Assembly: GCA_038046645.1 (NCBI GenBank)
Contig: JBBSVU010000006.1
Coordinates: 1 to 64,000, forward strand
From: an archaeon
Lineage (GTDB): Archaea; Iainarchaeota; Iainarchaeia; Iainarchaeales; 0-14-0-20-34-12
Direction: 5' to 3'
Length of the DNA stretch: 64,000 bases
Shown here: positions 38,486 through 48,737 of the stretch, piece by piece
Layout: the number at the start of each line of letters is the position of its first letter
Numbering within the stretch: position 1 is the first letter of the stretch
Position numbers and translations under genes: made by a program
Notes under the pieces: generated by a model
What the model was told of the DNA's origin: nothing
Seen by the model: the letters and a program-made list of their open reading frames with translations, nothing else
Database searches by the model: none

Positions 38486-38689
38486 ATGGCAGCTAGAAAA
38501 GATCAAGAATTCAAGGATTTTCTTGTTTCCAAAAGGAATAGCATAAAACCAGGGATAAGTAGTGCCCCGGTTTGGGTTTTCCAGAAGGCAAACAAGAGAA
38601 TTTGGAATCCTGTACAAAAAAGGCACTGGAAGGATGTTGATTTTGGAAAGAAATTTGAACACAACAAGGTTTCAGAGCATAAGAAATAA
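38486..38689 (+). CDS. rpl39e: ribosomal protein L39e
   Basis: APVWV...KRHWK; operon position. Confidence 0.8.
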   Translation: MAARKDQEFKDFLVSKRNSIKPGISSAPVWVFQKANKRIWNPVQKRHWKDVDFGKKFEHNKVSEHKK

Positions 38690-38700
38690 ATGGTGAAAAT

Positions 38701-39120
38701 ATGGATTTGCAGGAATTAAAGATTAGCTTTAGGGATGTTTTTGAATTGCCTAAAAGCAAAAGGGCTAATAAATTAGTGAATAAACTTAAAAATTTGTATA
38801 AAACAAAGAAAATGCCGGTAAAACTTTCAAATAAATTGAACGAATTTATTTGGGAAAGGGGCAGGGAAAAGGTTCCACGTTTGCTAGACCTTATTGTTGC
38901 AAAGGAAAAGGATGCAATATATATGTTCTTAGCAACAGAGAGAAAGGAAGCAGAAAAAATGCTTGCTGAGAAGAAGAAAAAATCAGAAAAAGAGAAAGTA
39001 AAGAAGGAAGAAAAATCCAAGGTCTCAAAGGAAGAGAAGAAAGAACTAGAAGTACAGGAGAAAAAGACTGAAGAAAAGCAGGCATTAGAACAAGATTTCG
39101 CAAAGACAGCTATGAAGTAA
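38701..39120 (+). CDS. rpl31e: ribosomal protein L31e with a K/E-rich tail
   Basis: KRANK and LNEFIWERG..KVP motifs. Confidence 0.85.
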   Translation: MDLQELKISFRDVFELPKSKRANKLVNKLKNLYKTKKMPVKLSNKLNEFIWERGREKVPRLLDLIVAKEKDAIYMFLATERKEAEKMLAEKKKKSEKEKVKKEEKSKVSKEEKKELEVQEKKTEEKQALEQDFAKTAMK

Positions 39121-39136
39121 TTGTTAGTGTTTTTTC

Positions 39137-39799
39137 ATGCATATTGATAAAGGATACATCAGAGCAAGCCCCTATGTCGGGATTTTTATGCGGGCTTCTG
39201 ATGACTTTATCCTTGTGCCTGATTCTATTTCTGATAAAGAATTTTCACAGGTTGCAAGTGTTTTTACAAACACTAAAATCATTAAATGCTCAATGGCTGG
39301 TTCTCAGTTAATAGGCATACTAAGTATTTCACTGAAGAATAAAATAGCAGTTTCGGATATTGTTACTGAGAAAGAAATTGCGCATTTAAGGCATTACGGA
39401 TTGCAAGTCCATGTAATAAAAGGGGTAAGTGCCATTGGAAACCTTGTTTGTTTGAATGAATTTGGCGGGTTGTGCAGCAAGGCATTAACCGAATCCCAAG
39501 TTAAAGAACTCGCAACCTTTTTTGAAATACCCTTTCTGAGAATGACAATTGCAAAGTCTGACCTTGTTGGGGCATCATGTGTTGCAACAAGCAAAGGATT
39601 TATTGTTAATCCTGGAATTAATGAGGAAGAATTCAAAAAAATAAAATCAATTTTTAAAATAAATGGCCAATTAACCTCTTCAAATTATGGTGACCGTTTT
39701 GTTGGCAATGGCATTATTGCTAACAACAATGGTGTTTTGGTCGGTGACCATACCACAACACATGAGCTAATAAGGATAGATGAAGCTTTCAGGGAATGA
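39137..39799 (+). CDS. eif6: translation initiation factor aIF6
   Basis: PYVGIF and ANNNGVLVGDHTTTHEL motifs. Confidence 0.92.
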   Translation: MHIDKGYIRASPYVGIFMRASDDFILVPDSISDKEFSQVASVFTNTKIIKCSMAGSQLIGILSISLKNKIAVSDIVTEKEIAHLRHYGLQVHVIKGVSAIGNLVCLNEFGGLCSKALTESQVKELATFFEIPFLRMTIAKSDLVGASCVATSKGFIVNPGINEEEFKKIKSIFKINGQLTSSNYGDRFVGNGIIANNNGVLVGDHTTTHELIRIDEAFRE

Positions 39800-39867
39800 G
39801 CTTTTAGGCAAAACATACATAATTATTATTTGTTAACATGATATATGATTACAAATAAGGTGATTTT

Positions 39868-40356
39868 ATGGCAGAAGCAAATAAGGAAGTGAAGCTTTCT
39901 TTAGACCAAGTATTTAATTTATATCAAACCCAAAGAAATCAGTTGGAAGGGATTGCCCAGCAGATGAATACTCTTAACAATTATGTTATTGATGTAAACA
40001 ATGCAGAGCAGTCAATGAAGGAATTGCAGGAAAATACAGCAAATGAGATATTATTTTCAATAGGTTCTGGAGTTCATATTGCTGCGGAGCTCAAGGATTT
40101 GAAAAAAGTAAAAGTAAATTTGGGAGTAGATATCTTTGAAGATATGTCCTTAGATAACACAAAAACATTTCTAGAGAAGAAAAAGGCAGATTTGGTTAAA
40201 GTAATGGAGCGTTTAAAGCAACAGGAGCAGGAGCTTCTGAAAAGTATTGCTGGCTTGGAACAGGTATTGAATGCCGCACAGCATAAAATGGTTGAAGCGC
40301 AAAAAGCCCAGCAAGCCCAAGGAAATGTAAAGAAACCATTGCCAATCATCTCGTAA
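39868..40356 (+). CDS. pfdA: prefoldin alpha subunit
   Basis: Coiled coil with IGSGV and VNLG hairpins. Confidence 0.9.
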   Translation: MAEANKEVKLSLDQVFNLYQTQRNQLEGIAQQMNTLNNYVIDVNNAEQSMKELQENTANEILFSIGSGVHIAAELKDLKKVKVNLGVDIFEDMSLDNTKTFLEKKKADLVKVMERLKQQEQELLKSIAGLEQVLNAAQHKMVEAQKAQQAQGNVKKPLPIIS

Positions 40357-40501
40357 TTGGCAATCTTTTTTCTATTTGTCAAAAATTCTTCTTTTTGACT
40401 TACAACGTTAGGCTTGCGCAAGCTGCAGATTTCCGATATTTTTAGGGAAATTTAGTGGATTTATTAATCCAAATATTTTTAGGCATTCCCTTGCTTAATT
40501 C

Positions 40502-41716
40502 TTGAATACTATGTTTGATATTTTAAAGAATAAAATAAAGGGATTTACTGACAAGCTAAAGCAAAAAATTGGTGCTGAGCCGCAGGCCGAAAAAGTACAA
40601 GCAGAAGAAAAACAGGCTGATGCAGAAATTATTGAAAAATCCCCTTTGCCTGAAGAAACCTTCGCTGAAGAACCAATTGAAGAAAAACCAGCAGAATTGG
40701 AAGAACCCGAAAGTTTAGAAAAACCTGCTGCAGAACCGGCTAAAGAAACTCAAAAAATTACTGAAGTTCAAAAGAATGGCAGCATTGATTTAGAGAAATT
40801 AAAAGTAGATGATAAAAGAGAAATTAAGGCATCGGTTTCAGCCACTTCCCAACTAAAAAGCTTTTTTAGTTCCCATATTGTTATTTCAGAAAAAGATATT
40901 GACGAGTTATTGTATGATTTTGAATTAGCATTGCTCGAATCCGATGTTGACCAGGATACTGCAACATTCCTTTGTGAAAAAATAAAAAAAGAGCTTGTTG
41001 GCAAGAAGATTCCAAAAGGAAAAGAATTTGACAATTTCATCAAGCAGGAAATAAAGAATGTATTTGCAGAATCAATTTGTGTTGAACACCAGAATATTTT
41101 ATCTTTGATAAAAAATAAAACAGAAAAGCCGTTTGTGATTCTTTTTTTAGGCCCTAACGGAGCTGGGAAAAGCACCAGCATGGCAAAATTAACAAACCTG
41201 CTTCAGAAAAACAATCTTTCAGTTATTTGGTCTGCTTCTGATACTTTCAGGGCAGCAGCAATTGAACAGCTTGAAAAGCATGCCGAGCGTCTGAATGTTA
41301 GATTAGTGAAACATAAATATGGATCAGATCCTGCAGCTGTTGCATTTGATGCGGTCAGTTCCGCAAAGGCAAAGAAGATTGACCTTGTTTTGATTGATTC
41401 TGCTGGAAGGCAAGATACTAACCAGAACCTTATGGAAGAACTCAAAAAAATCGTGAGAGTAATTAAACCAGATTTGAAAATCTTTGTTGGGGAAGCCCTC
41501 TCCGGAAGATCCCTCTTGGAGCAAGCAAAAGTATTTGATAAGGAATTATCAATAGATGGCTTTATCCTGACAAAGATAGATACTGACACAAAGGGCGGAA
41601 CATCTATTTCTTTATTGCATACCCTGAAAAAACCAATTTTCTATATTGGAATTGGTCAGGGATATGATGATCTGTTAGAATTCAGCAATGAGTTTATTGT
41701 TGATAGAATTGTATAA
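40502..41716 (+). CDS. ftsY: SRP receptor FtsY (ATG at 40511)
   Basis: Acidic N-terminus; GPNGAGKST, DTFRAAA, DSAGR and TKID motifs. Confidence 0.95.
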   Translation: MNTMFDILKNKIKGFTDKLKQKIGAEPQAEKVQAEEKQADAEIIEKSPLPEETFAEEPIEEKPAELEEPESLEKPAAEPAKETQKITEVQKNGSIDLEKLKVDDKREIKASVSATSQLKSFFSSHIVISEKDIDELLYDFELALLESDVDQDTATFLCEKIKKELVGKKIPKGKEFDNFIKQEIKNVFAESICVEHQNILSLIKNKTEKPFVILFLGPNGAGKSTSMAKLTNLLQKNNLSVIWSASDTFRAAAIEQLEKHAERLNVRLVKHKYGSDPAAVAFDAVSSAKAKKIDLVLIDSAGRQDTNQNLMEELKKIVRVIKPDLKIFVGEALSGRSLLEQAKVFDKELSIDGFILTKIDTDTKGGTSISLLHTLKKPIFYIGIGQGYDDLLEFSNEFIVDRIV

Positions 41717-41811
41717 ATTCCATTATTTTTTAGCTAAAACATAAAAGTAATAAAGCAAAAATAGAAAAATAAAGGGAAAAATCCCTTTACTTTATTAAAA
41801 TTTTACTTATT

Positions 41812-42942
41812 TTACACTAAGGTTTTTGGCTCAACGAAAGGCAAACCAAATGCGTCCGCAACTCCCTTGTGGGTAATCTTTCCCTTGTATATATTCAATC
41901 CTCTCATGAAACCATCATCATCCTTCAATGCCTTCAATCCCTTGTTTGCAAGCTTTATTGCATAAGGCAAGGTAGCTGTTGTTAATGCAATTGTGCTAGT
42001 CCTTGGATATGCCCCAGGCATATTAGCAACACAATAATGTGTTACCCCCCCTACCTTATATACTGGGTCTGCATGCGTTGTTGCATGGCTTGTTTCTACA
42101 CATCCACCCTGGTCAATCGCAACATCCACAATAACTGAACCGTCCTGCATTGTCAGTACCATGTCTTTAGAAATTACTTTCGGGGCTTTTGCTCCTTCAA
42201 CTAAAACTGCGCCAACAACTAAATCAGCATCTAAAATTTCTTTCGCAACCTTTGCTTTGTCTGATTTTTCAAATCTTGCTTTAGGGTATTTTTTCTTCAA
42301 TTCTGCTATTCTTTTATCACTTAATTCAAAAAGAACTACATCTCCCCTTAACCCATATGCATTCATTAGGGCATTCTCACCTACAACCCCTCCTCCAATA
42401 ATAACTGTTTTTGAAGGTTTGGTATTTTCTACTGGTGACAACAACATCCCTCTCCCTTGGAACGGTTTTGCCAGATAATAAGCACCCATTATTACTGCCA
42501 TTTGCCCAGCTACCTCACTCATCGGCTTTAAGAGTGGCAATTTTCCGTCTTTTTCAACAGTTTCATATGCTACACAACATATCTTTCTTTTTAACATTTC
42601 ATCAGTCAATTGTTTTCCCGAGGCAAAGTGGAAATAGGTAAACAATATTTGGTCTTCTCTGAAATGGTCATATTCCTGAGGCAATGGTTCTTTTACTTTT
42701 ATTACCATATCTGATTTTGTGCATACCTCTTTTGGTGTTGCCAATAGTTGAGCACCAGCAGCAGTATATTCCTCATCCTTAAATCCAGAACCTAAGCCTG
42801 CTCCCTTCTCTACAAAAACAGTATGGCCGGCTTTTGTTAATTCTTTTGCTCCGCTAGGAGCCAAACCAACCCTGTTTTCGTTGTTTTTTATTTCTTTAAT
42901 AGTTCCAACTATCAAATTCTCGCCCCCCATCATAGATGGCAA
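41812..42942 (-). CDS. ald: alanine dehydrogenase (bacterial AlaDH/PNT type)
   Basis: KEIKNNENRV, KVKEP, PMSEVAG, DVAIDQGGC and VANMPG motifs. Confidence 0.95.
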   Translation of the reverse strand: MPSMMGGENLIVGTIKEIKNNENRVGLAPSGAKELTKAGHTVFVEKGAGLGSGFKDEEYTAAGAQLLATPKEVCTKSDMVIKVKEPLPQEYDHFREDQILFTYFHFASGKQLTDEMLKRKICCVAYETVEKDGKLPLLKPMSEVAGQMAVIMGAYYLAKPFQGRGMLLSPVENTKPSKTVIIGGGVVGENALMNAYGLRGDVVLFELSDKRIAELKKKYPKARFEKSDKAKVAKEILDADLVVGAVLVEGAKAPKVISKDMVLTMQDGSVIVDVAIDQGGCVETSHATTHADPVYKVGGVTHYCVANMPGAYPRTSTIALTTATLPYAIKLANKGLKALKDDDGFMRGLNIYKGKITHKGVADAFGLPFVEPKTLV

Positions 42943-43088
42943 ACAAACTCTGAGATTAAAGTATTAAATAGCTTTGCTTTTTCAAGCTGCAGATTCCCTG
43001 CAATTGTCGATTATCAACTGCAGGGTTGTTTTTATGCAGTAAAAAGCGTTCAATTATTTGATAAATATTATGTTTTACAAAAGTAACT

Positions 43089-44435
43089 ATGCTTGGCGAA
43101 AAACTAAGACAGGCCTTGGACATACTTCAACATTCTGCTTTAGACCGAGATACAATTAAAGCAGTAACAAAAGAAATGCAAAGAGCCTTAATCTCAAGTG
43201 ACGTTCCCCTTGATTTAGTTTTAGACTTAAGCAAAAAGATTGAAGAATTCTCAAATGAAAAGCCGCAAGCAAATATTACTATTAGGGAACATTTGATAAG
43301 AAAAATTTATGATAGTTTGGCAGAATTGCTTGGCGGAGATTTTGAATTACCACAAACAAAAAAAATTCTCCTTGTTGGACTTTTTGGGACTGGTAAAACG
43401 ACAACCACCGCTAGATTGGCAAAGTGGTATGCAAAAAGAGGCAAGTCTGTTTTAGTTGTTTGTGCAGATACTTTTAGGCCAGCAAGTTATGAACAATTGC
43501 AGCAGCTTTCCGAGAAAGCACAAGTAGCGTTTTATGGTGAAAAAAATGAAAAATTGCCTTATAAAATTGTCCAAAATGCTTTGCAGAAATTCAAGGATAA
43601 AGACATTATAATTGTTGATTCAGCAGGAAGAAGTGCTCTTGATAGGGAAATGGTTGATGAGGTAAAAGACATCCACATGGTATTTGCTGCAGATCAGAAC
43701 TGGCTTGTTCTTTCAGCAGATATCGGGCAGGTTGCGAACAAACAAGCAAAAGCATTCCATGATGCTATCGGAGTTAACGGAATTATAATTACCAAGATGG
43801 ATGGTTCAGCAAAAGGAGGAGGTGCATTAGCAGCATGTCACCAGACAAAAGCGCCTGTTTATTTCATTGGAGTAGGGGAAAAGCTTGAGGATTTGGAACA
43901 GTTTAATGCTACGCGTTATTTGAGCAGGATACTTGGATATGGCGATTTGCAATCCTTAATTGAAAAAACAGCAGAGCTTTCATCTGATGAAGAATTGTCG
44001 CCAGAGGATTTGTTAAAAGGCGATTTTACATTAAAAACATTTTACAAACAATTAGAAATGGCCCGTAAGATTGGGCCTTTTGCCAAAGTAGCGGAAATGC
44101 TTGGCATGAAACAGCATCTACAGGCCGAACAGCTAAAAGTAGGGGAAGAGAAACTTAAATCCTATAAAGTAATCATGGACAGCATGACTCCGCAAGAGTT
44201 AAATGACCCTGATATTTTAAGCAAGCAAAGAATCCACAGGATTGCAAAAGGTTCAGGAAAATCAGAATCAGATGTCCGTGACCTTATCAAGCAGTACAAC
44301 CAAATGGCAAAGATGTTCAAGCAGTTCAGCAAGCTGAATGAAAAGGATTTGCAAAATATGGATCAATCAAAGATGCAGCGCATGATGAAAAAAATGCAGC
44401 TTGGCGGAAAGAAAAAGAGATTGCTCATACGGTAA
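43089..44435 (+). CDS. srp54: signal recognition particle protein SRP54
   Basis: GTGKTTT, DSAGR and TKMDGSAKGGG motifs; Met-rich M domain. Confidence 0.95.
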   Translation: MLGEKLRQALDILQHSALDRDTIKAVTKEMQRALISSDVPLDLVLDLSKKIEEFSNEKPQANITIREHLIRKIYDSLAELLGGDFELPQTKKILLVGLFGTGKTTTTARLAKWYAKRGKSVLVVCADTFRPASYEQLQQLSEKAQVAFYGEKNEKLPYKIVQNALQKFKDKDIIIVDSAGRSALDREMVDEVKDIHMVFAADQNWLVLSADIGQVANKQAKAFHDAIGVNGIIITKMDGSAKGGGALAACHQTKAPVYFIGVGEKLEDLEQFNATRYLSRILGYGDLQSLIEKTAELSSDEELSPEDLLKGDFTLKTFYKQLEMARKIGPFAKVAEMLGMKQHLQAEQLKVGEEKLKSYKVIMDSMTPQELNDPDILSKQRIHRIAKGSGKSESDVRDLIKQYNQMAKMFKQFSKLNEKDLQNMDQSKMQRMMKKMQLGGKKKRLLIR

Positions 44436-44465
44436 AAAAATAAATCTAAGTATTGTTGATGGCTT

Positions 44466-45269
44466 ATGTTATTTTTGGAAATCAGATTGGCAATATTATT
44501 TTTAGTCTGCGTTCTGGCAACAATTACTGACCTAAAAAAAGGCTTAATCTATGATAAAATTACCCTGCCCGCCGTAGGTTTAGGGATCATCCTTAATATC
44601 CTTGATTTTAACATTTATAATTTTGCAATCCCCTTTTTTGTTTTCATCTTCTTTTTGATTTTATATTACTTAGGCAAGCTTGGGGGCGGGGATGTTAAAT
44701 TATTCCTAGCAGTTTCTTTATTGCTCCCATTTTACAACGACCAAATCTTTATCATTCCGGCATTATTTTTTTCTGCGTTGTTTTCAGTTATTTTCCTTTC
44801 GGTTTTTTACACAGTGAAATATATAAAATCAGGGATTGATTTGCAGAAAAACAAAAAGGGCATTCTGCAAGCATCAGTGCTTGCAATGTTGATTTTAGTT
44901 TACGGCTTTTTTATGTTATCTACAGCCACACTTTCACTGAATTCTGTTTTGTTCATTACAATTCCATTGCTTTTTGCCATGCCTTTTTTGGCTTTCCAGA
45001 GCGGAATAAAGGAAAAATTCTTTTTGAAATATGTTTCTCTTTCTGATCTTGAGGAAGATGAGGTAATTGCAAAGGAATTCTTTGAAAATAAGGAGATGTT
45101 CCAGGCAAAAGGGATAATTACTGAAGAGGATAAAATAAAATTAAAACAACTAGATATAGACAAAGTCCCTGTTTACCGGGAATTGCCGCCATTTGCCCCC
45201 TTCTTTCTAGTTGGAACAATTTTGGCATTATTATTCCCAAATTTTTTAAGCCTGCTTTTTATTTCCTGA
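44466..45269 (+). CDS. A24-family prepilin/prearchaellin peptidase
   Basis: ITDLK and GGGDVK aspartate motifs; C-terminal PFAPF. Confidence 0.88.
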   Translation: MLFLEIRLAILFLVCVLATITDLKKGLIYDKITLPAVGLGIILNILDFNIYNFAIPFFVFIFFLILYYLGKLGGGDVKLFLAVSLLLPFYNDQIFIIPALFFSALFSVIFLSVFYTVKYIKSGIDLQKNKKGILQASVLAMLILVYGFFMLSTATLSLNSVLFITIPLLFAMPFLAFQSGIKEKFFLKYVSLSDLEEDEVIAKEFFENKEMFQAKGIITEEDKIKLKQLDIDKVPVYRELPPFAPFFLVGTILALLFPNFLSLLFIS

Positions 45270-45351
45270 AACGTTAATTATAAATTCTGCAGATGTGCTA
45301 TACATATACCACACAGTAAATTTGGATTTATATTCTTTGGAGGGATTTTTT

Positions 45352-45864
45352 ATGGCAAAGAGTCATGGCATTAACAGAGGTTTATGGGTTACCTTGGGAG
45401 TTGTTGCTGCTGTTGCCGGCGGGTTTGCTGGTTCGCAGGTTAATACAATGGGCCAAGCATATGATTTGGCAAGAAGGGAATTTTCTGAAGCAGAAGTTAG
45501 GAAATATACTAAAGAGATTGATAGGTTAACTTGGGCTGTTGCTGGTGAAAAAATAAATTTGGGCATAGATACAGTTGTAGGAAAAGATACTGCCTGGAGA
45601 GAAAAAAAGATAGATTCAATGGCCAAGCGTGTTGAAGGAATGAAATTTGATAAATACCGTATTGGAACCGGAAGGCTTTCTTTTTTGGAGCATTTTAAAG
45701 TAATAAAAGGCGCACCAAAATTCTTTAAACCAACTCTCCCAAAAACGGCTAAACGAATGAAGCAGGCTGGAATGGGTGCAGGTGCAGGGGCTGGATTTAT
45801 TGCTTTAGGTGCTGCAGCAGCTGCAATCAGGAGAAGAAGAAGCCATCACCACGCAAGAAGATAA
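45352..45864 (+). CDS. hypothetical protein with N- and C-terminal hydrophobic helices
   Basis: GGAGGG RBS before MAKSHGINRGLWVTLGVV; C-terminal hydrophobic stretch plus RRRR. Confidence 0.7.
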   Translation: MAKSHGINRGLWVTLGVVAAVAGGFAGSQVNTMGQAYDLARREFSEAEVRKYTKEIDRLTWAVAGEKINLGIDTVVGKDTAWREKKIDSMAKRVEGMKFDKYRIGTGRLSFLEHFKVIKGAPKFFKPTLPKTAKRMKQAGMGAGAGAGFIALGAAAAAIRRRRSHHHARR

Positions 45865-46065
45865 TTATAATTATAGCAAACGACATTAATTTTTGAACAA
45901 ATATTATCGTTTACTAGATAGCAAATGACATTGAGTTGGTCAATTATTTTTGTCATTTGCTATATCTTCTTATCCCCCTGAGTTTATTCCTTGCGCAGAA
46001 AAATCCTCCTGCCTTAAACCTATGCAAGGCATGAAAAAATAAGAGAAATTCAGATTAAAAAGAAA

Positions 46066-46866
46066 TTATTTTATTGGTTTAAGCAGATTATAATCTACAG
46101 GAATCTTCTTGATTAAGCTATAATTTATTGGGATCTTTTTGAATTTTCCAACACTTGAATATAATACAAACAGCCCAAATTTATCCCCTGCCTCTAATGT
46201 CCTTAAATCATAGCTTCCTTTAGTACTTTGTGCCATCCCAAACATAGTATTGCTTTCACAACCTTGGGCCCAAACATCCGCCAACCCTATGGCATGGCCT
46301 AATTCATGTGTTAATATCCCTTGAAAATCTATTTTGTTCTGGTTCTGCAAGTAATCGCCCCAGTCAAAATCCTTTGCATTGAATTCTATGTTTGCGCCAA
46401 TTATCTTGTCTCCATAATAGTAATATTTTGCTTGTGCTGGTATGTATTTTCCCAATTTTGAATCCTTATTGAAATAAATGAAAGTATTGTCACCAGAGGT
46501 TTCTATGCTTGAATTAGGGTCAATTCCTACGATCCCAAATATGTTCGTGTTATACATTTCCCAAGCATTTATTGTATTTTTTGTTGCATTTTCTACTGCC
46601 AAACTGCTTAATCCGGAATAATTTGTCGGGTTTACCAAAATATTCAGCGGTTCTTTTACCTTTGGCCCAATGAATCCATAGCATTTCTGTTCTGGCTCAG
46701 GTGATGATGATGCCAATGGCAGAAAATTCGGATTTTGAGGAATAGTTTTTTCTGTGAGATTGTTCTTTTTTGCATACTCCTGGCTGATTGCATATGAAAA
46801 TCCAGCCAGTAAAACTATCAGAATTATTATGCTAAATAATCGCATTACATTTACCTTATTGCTCAT
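46066..46866 (-). CDS. secreted matrixin-like metzincin metalloprotease
   Basis: Signal peptide; HELGHAIGLAD; Met-turn NTMF. Confidence 0.85.
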   Translation of the reverse strand: MSNKVNVMRLFSIIILIVLLAGFSYAISQEYAKKNNLTEKTIPQNPNFLPLASSSPEPEQKCYGFIGPKVKEPLNILVNPTNYSGLSSLAVENATKNTINAWEMYNTNIFGIVGIDPNSSIETSGDNTFIYFNKDSKLGKYIPAQAKYYYYGDKIIGANIEFNAKDFDWGDYLQNQNKIDFQGILTHELGHAIGLADVWAQGCESNTMFGMAQSTKGSYDLRTLEAGDKFGLFVLYSSVGKFKKIPINYSLIKKIPVDYNLLKPIK

Positions 46867-46934
46867 AATAATCTTCTGAAAAGAACTGTTTAAAAAGGCG
46901 GAATTTATTGGGTTTTCCCTTATTTCTGCTATGC

Positions 46935-47276
46935 TTAATTAACTGCTTTTCTTAAGGCTTTCTTAAAACCGCACTCCTTGCAAACAACCCTTTCAAAGCC
47001 TTTTTCAATAACAATCTCGGCATTTTTCCCTTTCTTCAAGAATGCACCGCATTTCTTGCAGAATTTTTCCTTGAATTCCTTTGGAATCTTTACCCTATTC
47101 CGTGTTCCGATCTTCCTTACCAATTCAACATATCTCTTGCTTCTTTCAGGGTGCTTTTCAAACTCTGTTTCAGCTAACTCAAATAATCGGTAAATCCTTT
47201 CCAAAGAAATCTTTTCCACAAAACCCTTATTTGCCATAAAAATCATTTTCTTTTTGTTATCCTTAGAAACATTCAT
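46935..47276 (-). CDS. rnp4: RNase P protein Rpp21
   Basis: ERIYRLF, RYV, FCKKC and CKECG motifs. Confidence 0.9.
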   Translation of the reverse strand: MNVSKDNKKKMIFMANKGFVEKISLERIYRLFELAETEFEKHPERSKRYVELVRKIGTRNRVKIPKEFKEKFCKKCGAFLKKGKNAEIVIEKGFERVVCKECGFKKALRKAVN

Positions 47277-47385
47277 GCAGGCATACTGAAACTGGATTAA
47301 CTGTTATTTTAAACTGAATTATTAATTCATGCGATAGAAAGGGTTAAAAAGATATTACTCTATTATTAACAATATTAAAATTATA

Positions 47386-48714
47386 GTGTATACTAAAATT
47401 CATAAGTATATTATTTTGGTAATGAGGCAAAAACATATGCTGGAAAATAAAAATGGGAAATTTTTCCCAAGAAAACTGTTTTCGCCTTTGTTGTCGCTGG
47501 CAAGGGATAAAAAAGTTTCTTTGATTTTAGGCGCAAGACAGACAGGAAAAACCACCCTTCTAAAGCAGCTTTACTTAGAATTTTCTAAGGCTAACAAATG
47601 CCTTTTTTTAGATTTGGATGTTTTGTCAAATTATGAAAAAGTCAGCACCTTTGAAAAGTTGTTGAACACCATTAAAGTTAATGAGTATGCTGAAGATCAG
47701 AAGGATTTCTTTTTTCTGTTTCTTGATGAATTCCAAAAATATCCTTCAATGACAAAGATTATGAAAAATGTTTATGATAACTTAGACAATGTTAAGATCT
47801 ATGCGTCAGGTTCTTCTTCTGTGACTATAAAAGATCAGGTGCAGGAATCATTAGCTGGGAGAAAGAGGATTATCGAGCTTTTTCCGCTTGATTTTGAAGA
47901 ATTTTTATGGTTCAAGCAAAGGCATAAGCTTGCTAAAAACCTTTTAAATATAAGCAAATTGAAGGGGAGGGATTTGCATTCTTCACTGAAGGAGTATTAT
48001 GCCTTGTTGGAGGAATTTCTCATTTTTGGCGGTTACCCTGAGGTTGCCTTGAAAAGCACTAAGGAAGAAAAAATCGAGGTGCTCTCAAGCATTTTTGATC
48101 TTTATGTTAAAAAAGACCTGGTTGAGTACTTAAATATGGAAAAAATTCTTGAAACAAAGAAGTTGATTGAATTTTTAGCAGTGAATAACGGGCAAAAAAT
48201 AAAATATGAGGCTCTATCTGCAATTACTTCTTTAACGTTTAATGAAATAAAAAGGCAGATTGAAATATTAAGCGAAACTTATGTTATTGAAGTTTTGAGA
48301 CCATTTTACACCAATAAGAATAAAGAGATAGTAAAGATCCCCAAGATTTATTTTGTAGACCCTGGCGTAAGAAATTTTTTCATAAATAATTTCAATGGAT
48401 TAGCATTAAGGAATGACTATGGTTTCCTGTTTGAAGGGTTTGTGATATCCGAACTTTTGAAGAAGGGAACAAGAAACCTGAAATTCTGGCAAGATAAGAA
48501 CGGAAATGAAGTTGATATCATTATTGAAGGTACTGGTTTAATTCCAATTGAAGTAAAATTCAAGCAAAACCTAAAGTCAGAAGATTTTAGGGGCATTGAA
48601 GCGTTCTTGAAGGAATACACTAAAGTGAAAAAGAGTTATTTAATCAACCTGAATTTCCAAAAAACCCAAAGAAAAATCAAATTCATTTTGCCATACTGCC
48701 TAAATCTGCGGTGA
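47386..48714 (+). CDS. AAA+ ATPase, AAA_14/DUF4143 family
   Basis: GARQTGKTT, LDEFQ, SLAGR, GGYPE, KIYFVDPG and EVD..IPIEVK motifs. Confidence 0.92.
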   Translation: MYTKIHKYIILVMRQKHMLENKNGKFFPRKLFSPLLSLARDKKVSLILGARQTGKTTLLKQLYLEFSKANKCLFLDLDVLSNYEKVSTFEKLLNTIKVNEYAEDQKDFFFLFLDEFQKYPSMTKIMKNVYDNLDNVKIYASGSSSVTIKDQVQESLAGRKRIIELFPLDFEEFLWFKQRHKLAKNLLNISKLKGRDLHSSLKEYYALLEEFLIFGGYPEVALKSTKEEKIEVLSSIFDLYVKKDLVEYLNMEKILETKKLIEFLAVNNGQKIKYEALSAITSLTFNEIKRQIEILSETYVIEVLRPFYTNKNKEIVKIPKIYFVDPGVRNFFINNFNGLALRNDYGFLFEGFVISELLKKGTRNLKFWQDKNGNEVDIIIEGTGLIPIEVKFKQNLKSEDFRGIEAFLKEYTKVKKSYLINLNFQKTQRKIKFILPYCLNLR

Positions 48715-48737
48715 GTTTCTGGCAAAATAAATTTTTT

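Noticed and set aside
47386..48714. AAA/DUF4143 ATPase as part of a defence island
   Set aside because: It is a widespread stand-alone family, with no neighbouring defence genes.
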